Part shown: one piece after another, positions 8,400-15,027 of the stretch
How the letters are laid out: each line of letters starts with the position of its first letter
How positions within the stretch are numbered: the first letter of the stretch is position 1
Assembly: GCF_002733835.1 (NCBI RefSeq)
Contig: NZ_NVWY01000008.1
Span: 58,407-82,406, forward strand
DNA length: 24,000 nucleotides
Direction: 5' to 3'
Source of the DNA: Alcanivorax sp.
GTDB lineage: Bacteria > Pseudomonadota > Gammaproteobacteria > Pseudomonadales > Alcanivoracaceae
Notes under the pieces: model-generated
Databases searched by the model: none
What the model saw: only the letters and a program-made list of their open reading frames with translations
What the model was told of the DNA's origin: nothing
Position numbers and translations under genes: made by a program

Positions 8400-8984
8400 T
8401 TACTTCACCTCGAACTCAATGCCCGCATCATAGACGTGGTTGATCAGATCCAGAATCATGAAGGCGGTAAGGCCCCAAATGCGCTTGTCTTCATAGTAAT
8501 AGCTGGGGATACGGAACTGGCGCCCAAACACGTCAATGGGGCTGGACAGCTCCGGGACCTCATCCAGAAAGAACTGCAAAGGCACCTGGAAAATCGTATC
8601 AATTTCACCCGGCTCGGCCTGCAGCTCCGCTTCCGGGCTGACAATGCCCACAAAAGGCGTCACTTTCATACCATAACGGGAGGCCAGCGGAGACAACTGC
8701 CCCAGCACATCCACATAATCCGGTGACAACCCCACTTCTTCCTGGCTTTCACGCAGGGCCGTCATCAGCAGATTCTTGTCGCCCGGGTCCCGCTTTCCAC
8801 CGGGGAAAGCGACCTCACCAGCATGGGTCGGCATGGAATTGGAGCGAACCGTCAGGATAACCCGAGGCTCCGACACATCAACCAACGGCATCAGAACGGC
8901 AGCCTCGGGCAACGCCAGGGGCAATTCTGTGCGTCTGTAATCCGGCAAACGCTGCCTGAGCTGCTCAAGCACACCCTTCTCCAA
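8400..8984 (-). CDS. nudL: NUDIX hydrolase, CoA pyrophosphatase type (NudL/YeaB-like)
   Basis: The 194-aa ORF has the Nudix box GGKRDPGDKNLLMTALRESQEEVGL, preceded by a motif typical of CoA pyrophosphatases (AGEVAFPGG). Confidence 0.8.
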   Translation of the reverse strand: MEKGVLEQLRQRLPDYRRTELPLALPEAAVLMPLVDVSEPRVILTVRSNSMPTHAGEVAFPGGKRDPGDKNLLMTALRESQEEVGLSPDYVDVLGQLSPLASRYGMKVTPFVGIVSPEAELQAEPGEIDTIFQVPLQFFLDEVPELSSPIDVFGRQFRIPSYYYEDKRIWGLTAFMILDLINHVYDAGIEFEVK

Positions 8985-9318
8985 TTCTCAAATTCAAACG
9001 GTAGTTTGAACAGCCAGAACGCCCTGGGCAAGCCTTGTCAAAGCCCATCTCCGACCACCGGTCACAAACTCACCCTCATTTTCTGACGCGGCAAGACATT
9101 GGCTTACACCAAACGAACTAACTGCCAACAGACTCTCAAATCCTTGTTCTACAGGCATTCCGCGGTTTTTTCTGAAAACCGCCCGGCCCAAAAACGCAAT
9201 CTCTCCGCTTTTTATTACCCCACCGACTAGTCACGCCCTGAAAAATTCAGCACCGATGGCGAATGTCACTGCAGAAAAAATCGCGCAAGACTGAGTGCGT
9301 GAGGTTCAATTATCAGGG
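8985..9318. promoter_or_regulatory. Divergent control region for the curlin structural operon (+) and the nudL operon (-)
   Basis: This is a 334-bp non-coding spacer between divergent starts. It contains small palindromes (TTCAAAC-GGTA-GTTTGAA at about 8990-9007, and hairpin GCGGTTTT/AAAACCGC at 9162-9182). No promoter hexamers could be assigned confidently. Confidence 0.4.
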
Positions 9319-9858
9319 ATGAAAATGATGACCGGGCACGCCATAGCCCGCCTTGTTCTTGCAGGACTCTTGTTGATTCTGGGAACACAGGCGATCGCTA
9401 CCGACCTTTCATTTTTCGATGAAATTCCCGCCGGCAATAGCGCGGACATTGCCCAGGACGGTGCGGATCTCAATGCCACCATAACCCAGCAGGGAAAAAA
9501 CATCGGCATCCTCCAACAGGAAGGCCTCAGCCATACCGCCTCGCTTCAGCAAAAGGGTTACGCCAACCAAGCCGACATCATCCAGCACGGCACGGCGCAA
9601 CAGGCGGACATCACCCAGCTCGGCTGGGAAAACCTGGCAGTGGCAAGCCAATACGGCACAGGCAACAACGCCTCTCTCTTCCAGAAAGGCAGCCACAACA
9701 CAATCACGCTCGATCAAAACGGCGATTACAACCGCGCCACCATTGCCCAATACGGGGTCGGCAATAACGCCGATGTGGCGCAATACGGTAACGCCAACGC
9801 TGTTTCGGTTACCCAGATCGGGGCCGGACTCCACGTCTCCATTCAGCAATGGGATTGA
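9319..9858 (+). CDS. csgB: Curlin-repeat protein, probable minor subunit/nucleator (CsgB-like)
   Basis: It has a Sec signal peptide (MKMMTGHAIARLVLAGLLLILGTQAIA) followed by about 13 strand-turn half-repeats of the curlin pattern (A-x-I-x-Q-x-G-x-x-N). LDQNGDYNRATIAQYG closely matches remembered E. coli CsgB IDQTGDYNLAYIDQAG. It is the first gene of the operon. The start is ambiguous (GTG 9295, ATG 9319, 9325 or 9328). Confidence 0.8.
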   Translation: MKMMTGHAIARLVLAGLLLILGTQAIATDLSFFDEIPAGNSADIAQDGADLNATITQQGKNIGILQQEGLSHTASLQQKGYANQADIIQHGTAQQADITQLGWENLAVASQYGTGNNASLFQKGSHNTITLDQNGDYNRATIAQYGVGNNADVAQYGNANAVSVTQIGAGLHVSIQQWD

Positions 9859-9913
9859 AATGGACGACGTTATTTTGCCTAAGACCTAGCCTAAACCTTG
9901 AGGAGATACACCC

Positions 9914-11173
9914 ATGAAAACCTTGAAACCGCTTGCCGCTGCCATTCTGGCAACCCTGGCGACTGCATCCTGGGCTGCGAACAATTCAGCCACCACCAAC
10001 CAGACCGGCGCCGGCAACACCGCCAGCACCGTGCAAAGCAGCACCGACGATGCGGTTGCCACGGTTGATCAAACCGGCAACAACAACAGCGCCGACGTCA
10101 GCCAGGCCAACAGCATCAACATGATGACTGCCGACATCGACACCGTAGGTGACGACAACGCTGCCACCATCACTCAGGATGACAGCTGGTTCGCCACTGC
10201 CACGGTTGAACAGGACGGCACGCTAAACACCGCCACCATCACCCAGGTTGCCATTTCCGACAACACCAATGGCACCATTCAGCAAATCGCAGGTAACGAA
10301 GACTCCGTTGCCAGCATCACTCAGACATCCGCCTTCTCCAGCGACGCGACCATCGTGCAAAGTGCCAGTCTGAACGCGGATGCCTCCATCACTCAAACCG
10401 GCGTCGACCACCTCGCCAACATCACGCAAAACAACCTGATTGGATCTACCGCCACGGTTAACCAGTCCAACGTCAACAATACCGCCGACGTGCTGCAGGA
10501 TGATTCCTGGTTCGCCACCGCCACCGTAGACCAGACCGGTGCAGACAACATTGCCAGCATCAGCCAGGTGGCTATTTCCGACAATGCCACCGCCACCATC
10601 ACCCAAAGCGGCGACAACAACAACGGTCTGATCAGCCAGGATTTCTCGTTCAACTCTGACGCAATGATTGATCAGTACGGCACCAACGGCGATGCGGATA
10701 TCATCCAGGACGAATCCACTGGTAGCTACGCAGAAATCGTTCAGGGTGGCGACGCCAACATTGCACAGGTTGACCAGGGACTGGGCGATCGTAATACCGC
10801 TTATGTGAACCAGTCAGGCACAGCCAATGATGCGGAAGTGGACCAATCCGGCTCCGACAACCTGGCCAACGTGGACCAACACGGCAACGCCAACGTAGCG
10901 GTGGCACACTCACACGGCGGCAACAGCGTTATCGATGTGGACCAGCTGGGTGACAATAACCTGGCCAACGTAGAGCAGGACGCCATTTCAGAATACGGCA
11001 TTGCAACCATCACCCAGCCCGGCTCTGACAACGAAGCCTTTATTACCCAGTTCGGCATTGGTGCCTCTGGCAATGAAAACGTGGCCACCATCCTGCAGGA
11101 AGCCACTCTGGACTCAGCCACCATCACCCAGATGGGCGGCGGCGGTAACAACGCCTTTATCCACCAGAACTGA
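9914..11173 (+). CDS. Giant curlin-repeat protein (419 aa, roughly 34 half-repeats, about 17 curlin repeats)
   Basis: A strong RBS GAGGAG (9900-9905) precedes it, and it has the signal peptide MKTLKPLAAAILATLATASWA. It is then uninterrupted x-A-x-[IV]-x-Q-x-G/x-x-N periodicity ending ...ITQMGGGGNNAFIHQN, which resembles the CsgA C-terminus. Confidence 0.88.
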   Translation: MKTLKPLAAAILATLATASWAANNSATTNQTGAGNTASTVQSSTDDAVATVDQTGNNNSADVSQANSINMMTADIDTVGDDNAATITQDDSWFATATVEQDGTLNTATITQVAISDNTNGTIQQIAGNEDSVASITQTSAFSSDATIVQSASLNADASITQTGVDHLANITQNNLIGSTATVNQSNVNNTADVLQDDSWFATATVDQTGADNIASISQVAISDNATATITQSGDNNNGLISQDFSFNSDAMIDQYGTNGDADIIQDESTGSYAEIVQGGDANIAQVDQGLGDRNTAYVNQSGTANDAEVDQSGSDNLANVDQHGNANVAVAHSHGGNSVIDVDQLGDNNLANVEQDAISEYGIATITQPGSDNEAFITQFGIGASGNENVATILQEATLDSATITQMGGGGNNAFIHQN

Positions 11174-11188
11174 TCACCCCGTGATCAC

Positions 11189-11213
11189 GTCGGGGCCACA
11201 CCGTGGCCCCGAC
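11189..11213 (+). terminator. GC-rich hairpin just after the giant curlin stop (possible attenuator or partial terminator, or an mRNA-stabilising 3' structure)
   Basis: GTCGGGGCCAC (11189-11199) pairs perfectly with GTGGCCCCGAC (11203-11213) across a 3-nt loop. It is preceded by a second palindrome, TGATCAC-CCC-GTGATCA (11171-11187). There is no clear U-tract. Confidence 0.45.
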
Positions 11214-11276
11214 CTCGTTGTGCCCACCCATAATACCAACGCCTGACCCGGGGGCCGGACCCAAGAGGACAATGTC

Positions 11277-11843
11277 ATGGCGCTGCCGCCTGCACTGCGG
11301 ATGCTTTTTCCCGCGCTTATGCTGTCTCCCTGTCTCCTGCTTGCAGACAGCAGCATCCCCCAAATTGAACCACACAGCAGCATTAATACCGCCAGCCTCT
11401 ATCAACAGAGCAGCACCAGCAGCCTTGCAATCATCCGACAATCCCAAAGCCATAACGCCAACGCCATAATCAACCAGCAACACAGCCACCACAGTGACGC
11501 CAACCTTCATCAGACGCGATCTCATCATAGCGGGGCACGGATATCACAAGACCACACCGATGGCGCCACAGGCAACGTCCAACAAAATCAGTCACCGTCC
11601 TCTCGAGCTGATATAGAACAGTCAAACGGGTCGAATATCGACGCGAGCATTGCACAGTACGGCTCGGGTAACGACGCACTGATAGCGCAGAGTCATATGG
11701 ACAGCCGGGCATCCATTGAGCAGCACAGCACGCTTCGTGATATCGAGGGGAGCGCCGCAACAATCCTGCAATCAGCGGGCAATAGTTCGGGAAAAATCAT
11801 CCAGTTTGGAGTGGGCAATCATGCAACGGTACATCAGTTCTAA
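11277..11843 (+). CDS. csgA: His/Ser/Gln-rich curlin-repeat protein, CsgA-like by position and C-terminus
   Basis: The RBS AAGAGGA lies 7 nt upstream, and the signal peptide is MALPPALRMLFPALMLSPCLLLA. It has about 13 half-repeats. The C-terminus IIQFGVGNHATVHQF parallels the remembered E. coli CsgA terminus VTQVGFGNNATAHQY, and the gene sits directly upstream of the csgC-like gene. The symbol is a positional inference. Confidence 0.75.
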   Translation: MALPPALRMLFPALMLSPCLLLADSSIPQIEPHSSINTASLYQQSSTSSLAIIRQSQSHNANAIINQQHSHHSDANLHQTRSHHSGARISQDHTDGATGNVQQNQSPSSRADIEQSNGSNIDASIAQYGSGNDALIAQSHMDSRASIEQHSTLRDIEGSAATILQSAGNSSGKIIQFGVGNHATVHQF

Positions 11844-12243
11844 TCGGCAACGGAGCCTTGGCACCCCCACCCGCACAGCAGGGCTTACCCTGTTACTCAT
11901 CGGAGCAGCGACACCCATGGCCGCCTATTCATCACCCTGCACTGTCGACATCATTGCCACTGCTGAAAAACAGCAACACCGTTTCCACCTGCTGCTCCAA
12001 TGCGAGATGGCCGACAGCAATCTTCATTACGAAATCGGCATTGAGAAAAAAGAGCCGAGCGGAAGCAGCCGCACCCGTCAATCCGGCCATATTTCAGTGC
12101 ATGCAGGAAAAAATCAGGCAGGAAATATCGCCATTAACGTCCTGCCAACAGATACCGTTACGGCCACCGCCATCATCCGCCGGGATGACACGCTAATGGC
12201 CAATGCCACGCGCACCTTTGCGCCTGGCTCGCTGAACCCTTAG
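11821..12243 (+). CDS. csgC: Divergent CsgC/CsgH-like periplasmic curli amyloid-inhibitor candidate
   Basis: It has a signal-like N-terminus (MQRYISSNRQRSLGTPTRTAGLTLLLIGAATPMAA). The segment YEIGIEKKEPSGSSRTRQSGHISVHAGKNQAGNIAINVLPTDTVTATAIIRRDD parallels remembered E. coli CsgC QILSLREGSSGQSQTKQEKTLSLPANQPIALTKLSLNISPDDRVKIVVTVSDG. It is the last gene of the structural operon. ATG 11821 overlaps the preceding CDS by 23 nt. Confidence 0.55.
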   Translation: MQRYISSNRQRSLGTPTRTAGLTLLLIGAATPMAAYSSPCTVDIIATAEKQQHRFHLLLQCEMADSNLHYEIGIEKKEPSGSSRTRQSGHISVHAGKNQAGNIAINVLPTDTVTATAIIRRDDTLMANATRTFAPGSLNP

Positions 12244-12326
12244 AGAGCCGCTGAATGACTCCTTGCGCACTCAGAACAGATCGGCAAGCCTGCAGCAATC
12301 CGCACCGGCTAACTGGCAGTATTTTA

Positions 12327-13199
12327 TTATCGATCACGCCGGCCAGGGGTTTCTACTGTCTCGCCCCTCAAGGCCAGACCGTACTGCTGAATCACCTCGG
12401 AATCCATATCAGCGGGGTTCTCAAGCTGCCAGTTGCCGTCCATAACCCCTTTGACGATAAGGTGTGCCACAGCGGCTTCGATCGCTAGTTTGACACATTG
12501 CTGAACCGGCTCGTTGGTGGTGACCCCGGCTTCGGTTTCCAGCAATTCCTTGAAGTCGATATACCGATACACACCGACCTGCAGCTCTTTACTGTAAATG
12601 GTCTTGCGTGTTGAGACCGTGTTGATGATCCGCCCTGTGCGCACATCAACAGCCCGCAGATTCACTGTCACCTGGTCAGTGCGGTATTGCTCCGATGCGC
12701 CTACCCCCAGATAACGGGCACCCAACCCACCGGTCTTGATATTGGACTCATAGGCAACAATGCCACCCTGAAAGAGGATGTCCGAGGAAAACAGGTCAGG
12801 GACATCCGCCACGCGCACGCCTTCCTTCTGGCGCTTTTCTACCACGGCCCGGGCAATCTTGCGCTCAGTCAGCAGGTCTTGCAGCCCTTCCCGTTCCAGG
12901 GTGAGAAACCAGCCAGAGCGATTCAGGGCATCGATAAGAAACGCCGCTGCGCCCTGGGTGACCGCCGTGGAAAATGACGAAGACGGCGCCGGCCGATATT
13001 GCCCGGTCAAATCACGAAAGCTGTATACCGAAGCCATGATTCGCCCTTTGGGGGGCGGCATGCTTTCAAGATCCAGAGCCACATCGGATTTTTGCACCAG
13101 CTCAGGGGCTTCCGGCTCCAGGGGCGGAGTCACACAGCCAGCCAACAGCAGGATCGGCAAGGCCAGCATGACTAGCCCGCAACGGTTGTAACGATTCAT
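12327..13199 (-). CDS. csgG: Curli secretion channel lipoprotein CsgG
   Basis: The start is placed at ATG 13199-13197, giving MNRYNRCGLVMLALPILLLAGC with a lipobox (LLAGC). The body (VYSFRDLTGQY..., TQGAAAFLIDALNRSGWF, EREGLQDLLTERKI, GGIVAYESN) is typical CsgG. Confidence 0.93.
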   Translation of the reverse strand: MNRYNRCGLVMLALPILLLAGCVTPPLEPEAPELVQKSDVALDLESMPPPKGRIMASVYSFRDLTGQYRPAPSSSFSTAVTQGAAAFLIDALNRSGWFLTLEREGLQDLLTERKIARAVVEKRQKEGVRVADVPDLFSSDILFQGGIVAYESNIKTGGLGARYLGVGASEQYRTDQVTVNLRAVDVRTGRIINTVSTRKTIYSKELQVGVYRYIDFKELLETEAGVTTNEPVQQCVKLAIEAAVAHLIVKGVMDGNWQLENPADMDSEVIQQYGLALRGETVETPGRRDR

Positions 13200-13224
13200 C
13201 CTTGAATTTCCCAGCGTAGAGCCT

Positions 13225-13626
13225 TTAAAAGGTATCGGGGACCAGGCCATCGACCGCAATCTGGGTGACTTCGCCGGTATTGATGTCTTCAATAATGATG
13301 GACAGCACACCCTGGTCATCGATGATGTTGATCGCAAAATCATCGGTCACAATACTGCCCTCGTTTCCCGCCCCCACATCGGCCAGCAACTGGCTCAACA
13401 GCCTGGACTGTAACGAGGATGTCAGGCGATCCAGATCAGAAGGCCTTTCATAAGCAGACGAAGAGGCTTGCGGATCCTTGTAATCGTTTTGCGCCTGAGC
13501 ATTGCCCAGCAGGTGGGAACCGTTGAGGGGATTGCCTCCGAAGTTTGGATTGACCGGCTGGTAAACCAGCTCACTGGCCGCAACAGGGCCAGCAACAAGA
13601 ACCAAAAGACAATAAAGCGTTTTCAT
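13225..13626 (-). CDS. csgF: Curli assembly component CsgF
   Basis: The mature N-terminus [34 protein letters not shown] matches remembered E. coli CsgF [33 protein letters not shown]. The ATG overlaps the csgE stop (TAATG). Confidence 0.92.
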   Translation of the reverse strand: [133 protein letters not shown]

Positions 13627-14030
13627 TAATAGCCGTCCTTGGCCAGATCCGGATTTCCCACCAGCGTATCCAGCACTTTCATGCGCCGGACCCTGAATTC
13701 AATGGATTGCACCATCTGTTGTACCCGAGCATCTTCCCAGTTGGATGCAAACGACAGCACAAAGCGCTCCAGTGTCGTATCGTCCGATTTCACCGTAATG
13801 ATGCTGCCACTGCGGGCGGAGGGTTGCTCATAAATGCTGATACTGAAAGGCGAGTCGGGAAACAGGTAATGGCGTTGATAAGCAAACTGCTGATAGAACC
13901 GTTTGCCGATAGGAGTAATCGTCTGGTCGACAACCACCCCCATGTCTTTTTCATTCAGGGCAGCCGCTATCCCGGACAGTGCGAGGAGACTGCACATGAA
14001 TGGCACCCACGCCAATCGCAGCCCACACAC
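13626..14030 (-). CDS. csgE: Curli secretion specificity factor CsgE
   Basis: EQPSARSGSIITV and the C-terminal NPDLAKDGY parallel remembered E. coli CsgE ERPSARWGSWITI and GDLAHDEF. The start is GTG 14030, with GGAG 7 nt upstream inside the csgD 3' end. Confidence 0.88.
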   Translation of the reverse strand: MCGLRLAWVPFMCSLLALSGIAAALNEKDMGVVVDQTITPIGKRFYQQFAYQRHYLFPDSPFSISIYEQPSARSGSIITVKSDDTTLERFVLSFASNWEDARVQQMVQSIEFRVRRMKVLDTLVGNPDLAKDGY

Positions 14031-14032
14031 GG

Positions 14033-14707
14033 CTATTCTCCGCTCTCTTCCAGGTGATTCTCATGCACCCAGCGCATCACACCCACCCGATTCTTCACAC
14101 CCACCTTCCGGTAAAGGCTTTGCAAATGTGCCTTCACCGTATGCGTACTCAGGCAAAGGGCATCAGCAATTTCATGGTTGCTCATGCCACGCACCACATG
14201 ATCCAGCATCTGCCGTTCACGGCTGGTGAGGCTTTCAAAGACATGCCCGCAACGGGTTGGGGTTTTGCGGTGACGAACCAGGTAATCCATGTAACTGCGC
14301 GGGAACCAGCTGCGCCCCTTGCAAACCACATCCAGCGCCTTGGAAATAAGGGCGTCGCTGTCCTGCTGATAAATAACGCCTTTAACCACCGGCCAGTTAA
14401 GCAGGAAAAAAATATTATCGCCCCGATCGGCATTAACCAGGATAACTCGACACAGGGGCATACGCTCCTGGACACGACCAAGCAACCTTTCCATTTCCGG
14501 GGTTGAAAAGTCCAGCACATTAATGAGCACCAGTTCATCCTGAATCTGATCACAAAAAAGATCATCACGACTGATTGCTGTGCAGGATACGCCTCGCTGG
14601 TTCTCAATGGATTTTGCTAAAAGACGGATTGCAAGATTATTGCAATGTGAAACCACCAAATAAGTTTTGCTTTCGTCACGCGTCCCGTGCGCCATCGACA
14701 CATCCAT
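14033..14707 (-). CDS. csgD: CsgD-type LuxR/FixJ-family transcriptional regulator (atypical receiver domain + LuxR HTH)
   Basis: The C-terminal HTH (LTSRERQMLDHVVRGMSNHEIADALCLSTHTVKAHLQSLYRKVGVKNR) and NWPVVKGVIYQQD (compare E. coli CsgD NWPHINGVFY) support the call. It is the first gene of the csgDEFG operon. ATG 14695 is an alternative start. Confidence 0.88.
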   Translation of the reverse strand: MDVSMAHGTRDESKTYLVVSHCNNLAIRLLAKSIENQRGVSCTAISRDDLFCDQIQDELVLINVLDFSTPEMERLLGRVQERMPLCRVILVNADRGDNIFFLLNWPVVKGVIYQQDSDALISKALDVVCKGRSWFPRSYMDYLVRHRKTPTRCGHVFESLTSRERQMLDHVVRGMSNHEIADALCLSTHTVKAHLQSLYRKVGVKNRVGVMRWVHENHLEESGE

Positions 14708-15027
14708 ATCAATGTCCCTTTCCCCAAGTTCATGGCCAATGGACCAAGAAATATCGCTCCCTTACGTTACCAACACAGACATTACCAACCTGGTCTGTCG
14801 GCAGGCTGGCTTCTGCCAACCGGGATCGTTAGTCTATGTCCACCATTTTTCAGTAGCACTAGCTCTATCGGCTATATTTTAAAATCTGTAAAATGGTGAC
14901 ATTCATCACAAAAAATATCACTTTATTTTTATAGCGGCTATTGTCATGCATTTATACCCAAGATGGGTAATTACCGTTGCGGCGATATTTTCGGGGCTCT
15001 TTTAATACCCTCTATAGCGAGTTTTCC
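14708..15027. promoter_or_regulatory. AT-rich divergent control region (csgDEFG promoter/5' UTR and Zn-ribbon NUDIX promoter)
   Basis: This is a 320-bp spacer. In 14881-14940 I count 16 G+C out of 60, against about 60% in flanking genes. It has many A/T tracts and several TATAAA/TAAAGT-like hexamers on the csgD strand. No unique -35/-10 assignment is possible by eye. Confidence 0.5.

Noticed and set aside
7719-8726. 335-aa plus-strand ORF across the gamma-CA-like and nudL-like genes
   Set aside because: It is antisense to two well-supported CDSs and spans their intergenic gap, which a real gene would be unlikely to do.
8994-9191. 65-aa minus-strand ORF in the nudL/curlin divergent spacer
   Set aside because: It has a TTG start and no RBS. 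Its third-codon positions are mostly A/T, unlike the strongly GC3-biased genes around it, and it resembles no known family.
9409-11151. Multiple antisense and out-of-frame ORFs within the curlin genes (9409-9849, 10223-10606, 10393-10653, 10801-11151 and others), and the repeat periodicity, which could be mistaken for a CRISPR-like array
   Set aside because: The periodicity is the roughly 33/66-nt coding repeat of the curlin genes, with no spacer-repeat alternation of identical units. The antisense ORFs are by-products of the repetitive, stop-poor sequence.
11716-11820. 35-codon upstream extension of the csgC-like ORF
   Set aside because: It lies wholly inside the His-rich curlin gene in another frame. 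ATG 11821 has an RBS and gives a signal-peptide-like N-terminus.
13200-13343. 48-codon N-terminal extension of the csgG ORF, overlapping the csgF 3' end
   Set aside because: The internal ATG at 13199 yields a canonical lipoprotein signal with an LLAGC lipobox. The extension would bury it and would overlap csgF by more than 100 nt.
14977-15027. TTG-initiated 17-codon extension of the Zn-ribbon NUDIX ORF
   Set aside because: ATG 15028 starts directly at the zinc-ribbon (MKFCSHCG), as is usual for this family. The extension lies in the AT-rich promoter region.
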